A stretch of DNA of 64,000 bases from Promethearchaeota archaeon. Its GTDB lineage: Archaea > Asgardarchaeota > Lokiarchaeia > Sigyniarchaeales > SOKP01. Below the pieces are notes generated by a model. The model did no database searches, had not been told where the DNA came from, and saw only the letters and a list, made by a program, of their open reading frames with translations. The stretch is taken from positions 5,032-69,031 of the forward strand of contig JAHPYZ010000011.1 in the NCBI GenBank assembly GCA_019058425.1. The letters are read 5' to 3'. Positions 48,906 to 59,281 of the stretch are shown here, one piece after another (within the stretch, counting starts at the first letter, position 1; each line of letters opens with the position of its first letter). The position numbers and the translations under genes were made by a program.

Positions 48906-49706
48906 TTAATCATAAGTAATAGACTCTTGTTCTGCTTTAATTTTCTCAATCTCTTCCACAATAAGTGGTAAAATTATTCCAGTTTTATGATTGATAACTA
49001 TTTCAGCTCGCTCATCTAAATCAGTTGGCTCATCATTAATTATTATTAATTTTCCTCCTTCCCTTAAAGAATATAGAGGTAAATCACAAATAGGTGCAAC
49101 AGTGAGGGAAGATCCAGCAATTAACATAACGTCTGATTTCTTTGCCAAATCAATTGCCATATATTTTTCAAAGTTAGGTAGTTGCTCTCCAAATAAGACT
49201 ACTGACGGTTTTAATGGAGCACCACAATAATTACATGCTGGACTTTTTTCCTTTTTAACTTTACGTAATACTTGTTCTTTATTATAACTCGCACGACATC
49301 CCAGACAAGAGAATCTATTGATATTACCATGGACTTCATATACGATAATAGATCCTGCTTTTTGGTGTAATTCATCTATATTTTGTGTTATTATTGCTTT
49401 AATAATATTCATTTTTTCAAGTGAGGCAATTGCATAATGACCTGGATTGGGTTCGGCACTAAATAAGGTAGGTGCAATATCTTCAGCCATTTTCCAAAAT
49501 TTTGATGGATCTCTTAAGAATGATTGTATACTTCCATATATTTCAGGTTTATATTTTTCCCATATACCACTTTCTCCTCTAAAATCGGGAATTCCTGATT
49601 CGGTTGAGATTCCCGCTCCAGTTAATACTACTGCATTTTTTGATTTTAATAGTAATTCCGAAGCTTTTCGAATACTTTCTATTTCTTTTGGTTTCAATGT
49701 TTTCAT
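48906..49706 (-). CDS. cobB: Sirtuin NAD-dependent deacylase
   Basis: TGAGISTESGIPDFR, TQNID, HG, CxxC...CxxC, GSSL. Confidence 0.95.
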   Translation of the reverse strand: MKTLKPKEIESIRKASELLLKSKNAVVLTGAGISTESGIPDFRGESGIWEKYKPEIYGSIQSFLRDPSKFWKMAEDIAPTLFSAEPNPGHYAIASLEKMNIIKAIITQNIDELHQKAGSIIVYEVHGNINRFSCLGCRASYNKEQVLRKVKKEKSPACNYCGAPLKPSVVLFGEQLPNFEKYMAIDLAKKSDVMLIAGSSLTVAPICDLPLYSLREGGKLIIINDEPTDLDERAEIVINHKTGIILPLIVEEIEKIKAEQESITYD

Positions 49707-49879
49707 TTTTATTGTGAATGAAAATGTTTAAGTTGTTAATGCATGTAATTTTAATAAAATTTATACTTATAGATTAAATTAATACGTACTAGTGTATATT
49801 TCTAACATAAAATATAAAAAAATTAATATATTCAATAATTCTATAATCCATAATAGCTAATTTCTCAAAGTTTTTCTAC

Positions 49880-50770
49880 ATGATCTCTTCTTTCAGCATT
49901 ATTTTAGAGAATGATGTTTTATATTGTTCAGATGAAAATAAATACAAAGCTTTTGAAATAGTATTATTTGTAGAGAAGCTCATGAATATATTTAGATGGC
50001 GTTTAAAAAATATCTGCTTAAAAAGTAGGAAAAAGAAAAGAGAACGTATTATTGTTGAGCATATTATTACAAATGCCGGTCAGAACTTATTTTTTTGCTG
50101 TGTCGGTCATTTTAGTGTTGGATCAAAAGAATCTTTTAAAATGCTAAAAGAATTTCGTGATCAAGTCAAAAGTCAATATAAAGACCTATCCCGATTAAAA
50201 TTTGCTTCAGGAGAACCAACATTTAAGCAAGTTATTAATCTTATAACAGAGTATTTAAAAGATAAATATTTGGATCCTTTAGAAGAAGAAATTATTTATG
50301 ATAAAGTTAATAATAATAACGGCAGAAATGAAATTTTATATGCAGGTATTTCTGCTCAAGGGTTGCCCATTATTTCTCAATTATATGACAATAACCTTTT
50401 AAGTAACCTAGAAAGAGAAAAAACATTTGAAAATATAGAATTATTTAGTTCAGATCTTTCAGCAAAATTAGCTACTATTTCTATGAACACCCAAATCCGT
50501 GCTAAAACAAAAATTAAAGAGATCCATTTAGATGATATTATAAATCCTGAAAATCATAATGGCAAAAAAGTTATATTATTTGGAAATATCAATGGTTATT
50601 CTATAGATTTCATAGCCACGGGTAATTTTTATAAAATAAAGTCAGTATTTAAACAACTCAAGGCGAAAATGGCATTGGATTCTGCCTTCAAAAATGAATT
50701 TTCCGGGGACTTGAGGCCATTCAAACATTTATCTTATTATCTTGATGAAGTTGTAAAAGAATTCGATTAA
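49880..50770 (+). CDS. Asgard protein with longin-like N-terminal and roadblock/profilin-like C-terminal domains
   Basis: ISSFSIILENDVLYCS...FKMLKEFRDQV; LYAGISAQGLPIISQLY...LSAKLATISM. Confidence 0.55.
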   Translation: MISSFSIILENDVLYCSDENKYKAFEIVLFVEKLMNIFRWRLKNICLKSRKKKRERIIVEHIITNAGQNLFFCCVGHFSVGSKESFKMLKEFRDQVKSQYKDLSRLKFASGEPTFKQVINLITEYLKDKYLDPLEEEIIYDKVNNNNGRNEILYAGISAQGLPIISQLYDNNLLSNLEREKTFENIELFSSDLSAKLATISMNTQIRAKTKIKEIHLDDIINPENHNGKKVILFGNINGYSIDFIATGNFYKIKSVFKQLKAKMALDSAFKNEFSGDLRPFKHLSYYLDEVVKEFD

Positions 50771-50800
50771 ATTCCCTCATTAAAAGAAGAGAGGATTTTT

Positions 50801-52558
50801 TCATAGAACTGCTACTTGTTCTTGAAGTTTTACAGATTCATTTTTCTTAAATTTTCGCAATAATTTAGAGAATTTTAGTGGCTTACTTGTATAATTAAGT
50901 TCTGCCAATGCTAGTTCTTGGTATGCAATGAATAATTTATTAGAAAATTCTTCCCAATCTCGACAAATTGCCAATGTTTCATCATCATTTCTGAGAAGAC
51001 TATCATATGACATTATTCTGTTAAATTCTGATGAATATTCTTCAATAACATCTGAGTTTGCTCCGTCTAGTAAATCTCTACAAAATTCATAAGCAGGGTA
51101 CCAGTTTTTAACTCGTGAAAAATCTCGATGAATTTGCATTAGTAGTACATTTCTTGGACCTTCCCATAATTCCATAATCATTGAATCTCTATGAAAACGC
51201 GGAGATGAAAGAAAATCTTCCATGATCCCATGCCCTCCATAAAATGAAATGGCTCTTCTTATCATTTTTGGTGCTTCATCCGCTACAACAATTTTTTGAA
51301 GCATTATCAATTCGCGTAATCTAAATCGACGTTTACGTTCTTCTAGATCTTCAATTTTTTCTAATTCTCTTATTCCACTAATAAGTTTTTCTTGAAAATG
51401 AATGTATTCAGCATAAACCTTAAAACAACCCACTGCAGATCGTTTTGCAAAATGATCTAACTCGTTAATTTGATTTATCATCATAGGAAATGAAGATATT
51501 GGTACATCAAAAGCAGTTCTAAATTGAGAATATAATATTGCTTCTCTTGCTACTCGTATCGCTCCTGATGCCATTCCAAAAGCAACATGAAGTCTTGATA
51601 ACGAAAGAACAATCCCAACAATATCAGCAAGACCCATTTCAAGCGGACCTATAGGGTATGCTACAGTACCATTATATGTAATTTCTGCTGTGGGTAATTC
51701 AGCGGTTCCTAATTTCTGCTTAAGTCTATCAATTGTATAAGAATTTCTTATTTCTTTTTCTTTATTCCCAGGTAACCAAGCAGGAACAGCAAACGCAGCC
51801 ACTCTCGTGGATGATTGAGTGCCTTTAGGTTTTGCAGTTACTATTTGATGATCTGATTGTATTGCTGAGCAGAAAAACTTCTGACCATATAGACGCCACA
51901 CATTTGAATAACCATCAGGACCTTCCTCTTCTTCATATACGGCTTCAACTAAATTTGCAGGAACATCGCTTCCGCCCTGAATTTCACTCACAAATTGGGA
52001 ACCTAATTTATATTCACCATTTATGCCATCTCTAATAGAAATAAGGATATTTTTTGCTTCGGGGCTTAAGCTATTCTCATACTTTTGCATAAGTTCAAAT
52101 GCTCCATGGGTACACGCTACAGGACACATTACACCCGCTTCTCCGTTCTCGTACAATAAAAACATTTTAATGAAACGGCTCCATGCCGAATTTCTCGCGG
52201 GATCAAAAAGTCCAAGGCTAAAAACTTCACGCTCTAGGATCTCAGTCTCTAAACATCGCTCTATACGATCTATTCGATGATTATGAGCATCATAATGTTT
52301 TACTTTAGTAACTTTTATTCTATTTTCAAGTTCATTCGCTTTATCAGCAAGATTTCGAAATCGAAATGAAACATAATCAGAAAGAGCTCGAAGATCTCTA
52401 TCAAGTTTCTCAAACTCCTCTGGAGGGGTATATTTCTTTACAAGAGCTTGAAGAAACTCATCATCTTTATAATAATTGAAATGATTTCTTACAAAAAGAA
52501 AATCATCAAACGAGTAAGGATTGGTCCTATTTCCTTCTAGTTTAGAAATTAATATCAC
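50801..52558 (-). CDS. Acyl-CoA dehydrogenase (AidB-like clade)
   Basis: CPVACT, SEIQGGSD, GQKFFCS, RLKQKLGT, SRL, RTAF, GGHG, LWEG. Confidence 0.88.
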   Translation of the reverse strand: MILISKLEGNRTNPYSFDDFLFVRNHFNYYKDDEFLQALVKKYTPPEEFEKLDRDLRALSDYVSFRFRNLADKANELENRIKVTKVKHYDAHNHRIDRIERCLETEILEREVFSLGLFDPARNSAWSRFIKMFLLYENGEAGVMCPVACTHGAFELMQKYENSLSPEAKNILISIRDGINGEYKLGSQFVSEIQGGSDVPANLVEAVYEEEEGPDGYSNVWRLYGQKFFCSAIQSDHQIVTAKPKGTQSSTRVAAFAVPAWLPGNKEKEIRNSYTIDRLKQKLGTAELPTAEITYNGTVAYPIGPLEMGLADIVGIVLSLSRLHVAFGMASGAIRVAREAILYSQFRTAFDVPISSFPMMINQINELDHFAKRSAVGCFKVYAEYIHFQEKLISGIRELEKIEDLEERKRRFRLRELIMLQKIVVADEAPKMIRRAISFYGGHGIMEDFLSSPRFHRDSMIMELWEGPRNVLLMQIHRDFSRVKNWYPAYEFCRDLLDGANSDVIEEYSSEFNRIMSYDSLLRNDDETLAICRDWEEFSNKLFIAYQELALAELNYTSKPLKFSKLLRKFKKNESVKLQEQVAVL

Positions 52559-52693
52559 ATCCTTTTATTAATTCAGTAAATGATTAAAAGAATCTTAGAA
52601 GATAAATCGTATATAATTTATTAAATTTTTAGAAATGCAATATTCTTAATTGATGAAGTAATATACTTCAAATCGATTATTTTTAATTTTGGT

Positions 52694-53509
52694 TTATTCA
52701 GCACTCGTTTCTTCCGATTCTTCATCAGTACTTTCTGTTTCAGATGTTTTTTCATCAGGTTTTCTTTCTTTCTGAGGTTTACTGGAGGATTGAGCAAGTT
52801 TTTTTACATTAATTCTTTCAGATCTTTTTATTTCTGACTTTCTAGATCTTTTTACCTCTACTTCCACAATATCAAATTGATCGTCGGGAACTTCCTTGTC
52901 TTCCCCGCCTTCGGGAATGGAGATTAATTTACTCTTGATAATCACAGAATTAGACAATGGATATATCGTTTTTGCTACTCTTTGAATTTGATTCTGAAAT
53001 TCACCAAATACAACACCAGCTATAAATTTCTCATGGTTTAGACTTTTAGCAAATTCTCTCAATATCTCTCTCATTATTTTTCGAATTAATATCTGTTGAC
53101 TACTTCTAGCTCTTTTTATAGTAGTACATAAGATTGTAAGCCGAAAAATATAGTTATCTTTGGTTGTTAAATTGATAATCGTTTGTATTTTAGTGCTTCC
53201 TCTTCCGATAAGGGATCTGACAAAATCGTTTGTGTAACTATGACCTTGGAATACTGTATTGCATTTTCTCGCTTCATCATTTATATCTTTGATTTGAAAC
53301 TTTAATTTTAAACTAATATCAGAATATTTTCCAGTAAAATCATATAATAACGCCTCAACAGTTCTTCCCATCAAATTATCTTCCATTCCAATAATTTCCC
53401 CTATTGGTTTGAAATTGAAACTCTTACTCGCTATGGTAGTGTACCAATTTTTATCTTTAAAACTGACTTTTTTTACTTTTGGTTTTTTCTTCCTTGCTCT
53501 TGAGCTCAC
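52694..53509 (-). CDS. rps3ae: 30S ribosomal protein S3Ae (eS1) with C-terminal extension
   Basis: KNWYT, GRTVEALLYD, DFVRSLI, IRKIM, KTIYPL. Confidence 0.93.
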   Translation of the reverse strand: MSSRARKKKPKVKKVSFKDKNWYTTIASKSFNFKPIGEIIGMEDNLMGRTVEALLYDFTGKYSDISLKLKFQIKDINDEARKCNTVFQGHSYTNDFVRSLIGRGSTKIQTIINLTTKDNYIFRLTILCTTIKRARSSQQILIRKIMREILREFAKSLNHEKFIAGVVFGEFQNQIQRVAKTIYPLSNSVIIKSKLISIPEGGEDKEVPDDQFDIVEVEVKRSRKSEIKRSERINVKKLAQSSSKPQKERKPDEKTSETESTDEESEETSAE

Positions 53510-53523
53510 TTTACATCATCTCT

Positions 53524-53982
53524 TTATCTTGCTACTAAAGTTCTAATTTTCTCAACATCGTATTTGAAATCAGGTGCTAAAAGTTTCTTCTTTTTATAAT
53601 ATTTAATCAACCGATATATCTTACTCTCAGTTCGATTTAGACCTTTACGAGCTTCGAGATCTTTATGATTTGTTTCAAGATGCTTTCTTACGTTCAAAGC
53701 TTTCCTAACTAAATTAGCGAGTTCTTCCGGTAATGTCGTTTCAATATCGTTTTCTTCCAGAATCTGACTAACTTTTTTACCAGTTACGACTTTAACTAAC
53801 GGTACGCCTCTAGAGTCTCTCATTATAGTACCAATCATTGATTTTGAGTGGCCTCTTCTTGCGAGTTTTACTACTTCGCTTTCAACTTCCTCAGGCGACA
53901 GTTCTATCCATACTGGTTTTTCCAATCTAGCAGGTCTAGTTGACCCACTACTTCCTTTTTTTCTGCTGTGCATCCGAGCCAT
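53524..53982 (-). CDS. rps15: 30S ribosomal protein S15 (uS15/S13e)
   Basis: MARMHSRKKGSSGS, IGTIMRD, LPEEL, ESKIYRLIKYYK. Confidence 0.97.
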   Translation of the reverse strand: MARMHSRKKGSSGSTRPARLEKPVWIELSPEEVESEVVKLARRGHSKSMIGTIMRDSRGVPLVKVVTGKKVSQILEENDIETTLPEELANLVRKALNVRKHLETNHKDLEARKGLNRTESKIYRLIKYYKKKKLLAPDFKYDVEKIRTLVAR

Positions 53983-54164
53983 TATTTATTTACTTCTCCT
54001 ATATTTTATAGATTACCACTGAGATGTTAAATATTAAGATATAAAATAATTAAAGAAGTATACAAAATAAAATTTTGGAATTTTGAAGCTATAAAACAGA
54101 TTTTCTTTAAATAATTCCATGTTCAATAGGTTTTGATTATTAATCATTTAAAACTATAATATTT

Positions 54165-54749
54165 ATGAAGCAAGAAGAAAATATGATTTATTTTGTTACA
54201 GGAAATATAAATAAATTTAATGAAATTTCTGTTATTTTTTCAAAAGCAAATATGAAATATTGTTTACAACAAAAAGATATTAAAACAATAGAAATCCAGG
54301 CAGATACTATAAAAGAAGTCGCTTTATTTAAATTAAATAGTATAAAAGGGCAAATTAATGGTTCATATTTCATAGAAGATGCAGGATTTTTTATTGATAT
54401 TCCTCTTAATGGGTTTCCAGGTGTTTATTCTTCCTATGTCATGAAAACAATAGGGAACAAAGGATTATTGAGCTTAATAGATGATTTTGAGAATACAAAA
54501 GCTCATTTTAGCACAGTAATCGCCCTTCATTATAAACCTCTTGATAAAAACTTTTATTTTGAAGGATGTGTTCATGGGAAAATCTCAAAAACAATAAGAG
54601 GAACTGGGGGTTTTGGATTTGATCCAATTTTTTTACCTGATATATTACCAGATAGAACATTCGCAGAGATAACTACAGAAGAAAAAAATAGGATATCTCA
54701 TAGGGGTAAAGCTTGGAATAAGTTTATTAATTTTATGAAAAAAACATAA
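54165..54749 (+). CDS. rdgB: Non-canonical purine NTP pyrophosphatase (Ham1/RdgB)
   Basis: FVTGNINK, EDAG, GFPGVYS, GFGFDPIF, KNRISHR. Confidence 0.95.
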   Translation: MKQEENMIYFVTGNINKFNEISVIFSKANMKYCLQQKDIKTIEIQADTIKEVALFKLNSIKGQINGSYFIEDAGFFIDIPLNGFPGVYSSYVMKTIGNKGLLSLIDDFENTKAHFSTVIALHYKPLDKNFYFEGCVHGKISKTIRGTGGFGFDPIFLPDILPDRTFAEITTEEKNRISHRGKAWNKFINFMKKT

Positions 54750-54789
54750 ATACATTATTTCTTTTAATTTCGAAATATAGAGGAATAAA

Positions 54790-55773
54790 ATGAGTAAAAT
54801 AATAAAATGGGGAATTTTAGGTTGTGGAAGGATAGCACATAAGTTTGCTGAAGGTTTAAGAGTACTTCCTGGTGCAAAATTGGAAGCTGTTGCTTCTAAA
54901 ACAGAAAGAAAAGCAGAAGATCTTGGTAAAACGTTTGGTGTGAAAAAAATATATAATAATTATGAGGGATTAGTTAATAATCACGCTGTAGATGTTATAT
55001 ATATTGCGACTACTCATAATTTCCATTATCAAAATGCATTATTCTGTCTAACTCATGGCAAACATGTTCTCTGTGAAAAACCTATAACACTAAATGCTGA
55101 TCAAGCTGAAGACTTAATTAAGACAGCTCGTAACAACAATTTGTTTTTAATGGAAGCAATGTGGACAAGATTTTTACCCTGTATTATAAAATTAAATGAA
55201 CTTATAGAACAGGATATAATTGGAGAAATTAAACATATCACAGCTGATTTTGGAATAAATCGTGAGTTTGATCCAAAAATAAGAGCATTTAATCCTGAAC
55301 TTGGAGGTGGAGCATTACTTGATCTAGGGATTTATCCAATTAATTTTGCAAGAATGGTTTATAAACAATCACCTTGCAAAATAAAAAGTAGCGCGGATAT
55401 TGGAATAACTAAAGTCGATGAAAAATCTTGTTATTTATTTGAATATGAAAATGGACAAACTGCTATGCTCTCTTCTTCGTATAGATTACTCATGACACAT
55501 GAAGCATTTATCTTTGGAACAAAAGGATATCTAAAAATTCCTGATTTTTACCATCCAACAAAAATTGTCTTAAAATTAGAAGCAAAACCGAAGAAAATCT
55601 TTAGATTCCCATTTAAGTCTACTGGTTATAATTATGAAGCATTAGAAGTAATGAAATGTTTAATCTCTAATCAAATTGAAAGTAAAATCATGCCATTAAA
55701 TGAGACTTTAGAGATAATGAAAACTATGGACATAATACGTTCTCAGTGGAATCTTAAATATCCTGGAGAATAA
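54790..55773 (+). CDS. Gfo/Idh/MocA oxidoreductase
   Basis: WGILGCGRIA, HVLCEKP, MEAMWTRF, GGGALLDLGIY. Confidence 0.92.
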   Translation: MSKIIKWGILGCGRIAHKFAEGLRVLPGAKLEAVASKTERKAEDLGKTFGVKKIYNNYEGLVNNHAVDVIYIATTHNFHYQNALFCLTHGKHVLCEKPITLNADQAEDLIKTARNNNLFLMEAMWTRFLPCIIKLNELIEQDIIGEIKHITADFGINREFDPKIRAFNPELGGGALLDLGIYPINFARMVYKQSPCKIKSSADIGITKVDEKSCYLFEYENGQTAMLSSSYRLLMTHEAFIFGTKGYLKIPDFYHPTKIVLKLEAKPKKIFRFPFKSTGYNYEALEVMKCLISNQIESKIMPLNETLEIMKTMDIIRSQWNLKYPGE

Positions 55774-55798
55774 TTAATTAAATTAAGAGGATATTCAA

Positions 55799-56188
55799 TT
55801 GAAAATTGAACATATTGCGATTTGGGTTAGGGATTTGGAAAAAATGAAAAATTTTTATAAAGAATATTTTGATGCGAAATCAAATAAAATTTATTATAAT
55901 ATAAATAAAAAGTTCTCATCGTGTTTTTTAACATTTGATAATACAACTAGATTGGAACTAATGCAGAGACCATTAATTCCAGAGTCTCTAAATAATCCTT
56001 ACAAGCAGTATATAGGTTTAATTCATATGGCGATTTCCGTTGGATCTGAGGAACGAGTGATTTCTCTAACTAATCGTTTAGTAGACGATGGCTATGAAGT
56101 ATTAGATAGACCAAGATATACGGGGGATGGTTACTTTGAAAGTAAAGTATTTGATCCAGAAAAAAACCAAATTGAAATTACTGTTTGA
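55799..56188 (+). CDS. VOC/glyoxalase family protein
   Basis: IEHIAIWVRDLE, RLELM, HMAISVG, TGDGYFES, DPEKNQIE. Confidence 0.9.
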   Translation: MKIEHIAIWVRDLEKMKNFYKEYFDAKSNKIYYNINKKFSSCFLTFDNTTRLELMQRPLIPESLNNPYKQYIGLIHMAISVGSEERVISLTNRLVDDGYEVLDRPRYTGDGYFESKVFDPEKNQIEITV

Positions 56189-57296
56189 AAAGATAATATA
56201 TATTTTCTTTAGTCTCCTTATCAAATAAGTGGATTTTTTTATCATTAAATGTTAGATATAATTCATTTCCAATTTTTAAGTTCTCAATTTTTCTCGTAAC
56301 ACAAATTATCAATTTTCCATCCAAAACCAAATGAATTTCAAATTCTCTTCCCATTGGTTCTATAATATCAATTGTTGCTTTTACTGAATTATTCAATTGT
56401 TCTGTTGAAATTAAAACGTCTTCGGGTCGAATACCTAATATCAATTCCTTCAAGTTCTTGTCATTGAGTTTTAGAAGATTATTTGGCAATAAATAGTCCA
56501 TGAAACCTAAATTTAGATACATTTTTCCATTCTCCTTTTTTAGATCACCTTCCAACATATTCATTGGAGGACTACCAATAAATCTAGCAACAAATATGTT
56601 TTTTGGAAAATCATAAATTTTATTCGGCGTGTCTACTTGTTCTAACTTCCCTTCATTTAATATTGCGATAGTATTTCCCATAGACATTGCTTCAATTTGG
56701 TCATGAGTCACATAGATAGTTGTGATACCTAACTTCTTGTGTAATCTTTTTAGTTCAGCTCTAGCAAAAACTCTTAATTTTGCATCAAGATTCGAAAGAG
56801 GTTCATCCATTAAGAATACATTAGGTTCTCTAACGATTGCTCTTGCTAATGCAACTCTTTGTCGTTGACCTCCACTAAGCTGTTTTGGTTTTCTCTCCAA
56901 AAGTTCTTCAATTTCAAGACTTTTAGCAGTTTCAATAACTTTTTTTTTAATTTCTTCTTTACTTTTATTTTGAACTTGTAATGGAAATGCAATATTCTTA
57001 AAAACAGTCATATGGGGATAGATAGCATAGTCTTGAAAGACCATTGCGATATTTCTCTCTTGGGGTCTTTTACAGTATTTCTTATCAGCAGAAGTAACGA
57101 GCTTATCGCCAAACCATATTTCACCTTCCTCAGGCTTAATTAATCCTGCGATACTAAAAAGTGTTGTCGACTTTCCACACCCAGAAGGACCAAGTAATAT
57201 AAAAAGTTCACCATCTTTTATATCAAGATCAATTTTATTTAGGGCATAAACATCCCCATATTTTTTTACTAAATTTCTTATTTTCACATTAGTCAT
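56178..57296 (-). CDS. Sugar ABC transporter ATPase (MalK-like)
   Basis: GPSGCGKS, LSGGQRQR, DEPLSNLD, YVTHDQ; TOBE C-terminus. Confidence 0.95.
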   Translation of the reverse strand: MTNVKIRNLVKKYGDVYALNKIDLDIKDGELFILLGPSGCGKSTTLFSIAGLIKPEEGEIWFGDKLVTSADKKYCKRPQERNIAMVFQDYAIYPHMTVFKNIAFPLQVQNKSKEEIKKKVIETAKSLEIEELLERKPKQLSGGQRQRVALARAIVREPNVFLMDEPLSNLDAKLRVFARAELKRLHKKLGITTIYVTHDQIEAMSMGNTIAILNEGKLEQVDTPNKIYDFPKNIFVARFIGSPPMNMLEGDLKKENGKMYLNLGFMDYLLPNNLLKLNDKNLKELILGIRPEDVLISTEQLNNSVKATIDIIEPMGREFEIHLVLDGKLIICVTRKIENLKIGNELYLTFNDKKIHLFDKETKENIYYLFKQ

Positions 57297-57308
57297 AATA
57301 TAATACCT

Positions 57309-58226
57309 CTAACCTTTTATGGCTCCCGCCATTAATCCTTGCATTAAGTATTTTCCAAGCAAAATAAAAATCAGCAAAATAGGTATAGAATACAAGAACG
57401 AACCAGCCATTGTATTATTCCATGCAGTTTCAGTACTTCCAGCCATATTGGAGAGAGCAAATGATGCTGGCTCAAAATTTGTCCCTGTTAGTATCAAAGC
57501 AAAGAGATAATCATTCCATATACTGGTAAACTGAAAAACGGCAGCAACTATAAAAGGTAAAGGAGATAATGGTATAATAAGACGTCTATATATTGTCATT
57601 ACTCCCGCGCCATCAGTCTTTGCTGCATCTATTAAACTTTCTGGAATTGATTCGTAATAACTTCTAAAGAGAAGTGTTGTCATAGGAATTCCGTATATAG
57701 TATGTACTAATATCATGGCCCATACTGTATCATATATCCCTAAATTTCTTATAGTAATAAAAAGAGGAATTATTATTGATTGATACGGAAGAAAAATTCC
57801 TATAGTAAGAAGAAGAAATAAGATATTAGAACCCTTAAATTTTAATTTAGTTAATACGAAACCACATATAGAACCTAATAAACAAGATAATAAGGTTGCT
57901 GCAGTAGTAAATAAAACTGAATTAAATAAAGATTGATGTAATTCTTGCCAAGCAACATAAAAAGGATCTAATGTTGGATTTGTGGGTGGAGCAAGAGGAG
58001 AGGTTATTGATAAATCTGCTTGAGTCTTAATTGCAGACATAATGCCCGACCAAAGTGGTAATAATGATATAATTACAGCAACTATTAAAATAGCATAGAG
58101 TATTACACGTTTTATTATTTTCTTTACTTTTGTTAAAATTACTCCTTGCGTACTGTAAATGCTTACATATTTAATATCATCAGTAAAATCTATATTTTCT
58201 AAGTGGTGTTCTTCTTGTGAATTCAT
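57309..58226 (-). CDS. Carbohydrate ABC permease
   Basis: IPESLIDAAKTDGA EAA loop; WNDYL. Confidence 0.92.
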   Translation of the reverse strand: MNSQEEHHLENIDFTDDIKYVSIYSTQGVILTKVKKIIKRVILYAILIVAVIISLLPLWSGIMSAIKTQADLSITSPLAPPTNPTLDPFYVAWQELHQSLFNSVLFTTAATLLSCLLGSICGFVLTKLKFKGSNILFLLLTIGIFLPYQSIIIPLFITIRNLGIYDTVWAMILVHTIYGIPMTTLLFRSYYESIPESLIDAAKTDGAGVMTIYRRLIIPLSPLPFIVAAVFQFTSIWNDYLFALILTGTNFEPASFALSNMAGSTETAWNNTMAGSFLYSIPILLIFILLGKYLMQGLMAGAIKG

Positions 58227-58229
58227 TTC

Positions 58230-59189
58230 TTACTTCCTCTTCCTGTATGTTATATAAAGATAAGGAACAACAATTAACATAACTATTAATAGTAGTGTCG
58301 TAGCAATTGCAGCACTATATGCAAACTGATTAGATCTAAAAGCTACTCTATATATCATAATTGGTAAAATTGTAGTTGCCCAACCAGGTCCTCCTTCATC
58401 AGTCAATATCCAAATAAAATCAAATGCTTTTAACGCAAATATCATAAGAATGACAAAAGCTGTAAAAGTTGATGTCTTAATTTGTGGGATAATAACACGT
58501 GAATAAAGCTTAAAGCCAGACGCACCATCTATTTGAGCGGCCATAACATGGGATTGCGGGACAGATCTTATTGCTGCTAGAAAAATCAACATTACATAAC
58601 CAGAAAATTGCCATACTAAAGCTAAAGAGACACTAAAAATTGCTATATTTGGATCACTTACCCACGCTTGTTGTAAAAATCCAAGGCCAAAAAGATCTAA
58701 TATAGTATTAATAACTCCTTCCTCAATAAACATCCATTGCCATAAATAGCCAGTAACTATGAATGAAAGCGCATAAGGGAATAAATAAATAGTTCTAAAT
58801 ACACTTTCCTTCCTGACCTTTTGATCTAAAAGTATTGCTAGAAAAAGGCCAATAATAATACTAGACGGTATAAATACAATCATAAAAACAATGTTATTTC
58901 TTAAAGCGATCCAAAATATTGGATCATTAACCATCCTGAAATAATTTTCAAATCCTATAAAACCAGAAGTTTGGATTAATCCCTCCCAATCAGTAAATGA
59001 GACTATAATATTCCAAACAATAAAATAATATATAAAGTATGCCACAAGGGCACAACAAATAATGAAAATGAACCGAATAATTAATTTATCTCTTGCAAAT
59101 ATATCCTTTATTTTTACTTTGGAAGATTTACTTTTTTTTCCTACCTTAAAATCTTGATTTATTTCTAAATCTTTATGTACTTGTTCCAA
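58230..59189 (-). CDS. Carbohydrate ABC permease
   Basis: IGFENYF, AAQIDGA EAA loop, LKAFD. Confidence 0.92.
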   Translation of the reverse strand: MEQVHKDLEINQDFKVGKKSKSSKVKIKDIFARDKLIIRFIFIICCALVAYFIYYFIVWNIIVSFTDWEGLIQTSGFIGFENYFRMVNDPIFWIALRNNIVFMIVFIPSSIIIGLFLAILLDQKVRKESVFRTIYLFPYALSFIVTGYLWQWMFIEEGVINTILDLFGLGFLQQAWVSDPNIAIFSVSLALVWQFSGYVMLIFLAAIRSVPQSHVMAAQIDGASGFKLYSRVIIPQIKTSTFTAFVILMIFALKAFDFIWILTDEGGPGWATTILPIMIYRVAFRSNQFAYSAAIATTLLLIVMLIVVPYLYITYRKRK

Positions 59190-59281
59190 TTTAACACCTA
59201 AATATTTTTTAAGTAAAATTTAATCATAAGAGATACTATAAAAAAAAAAAAATGATTTTTAAAATTTATTTTAATCTATAA

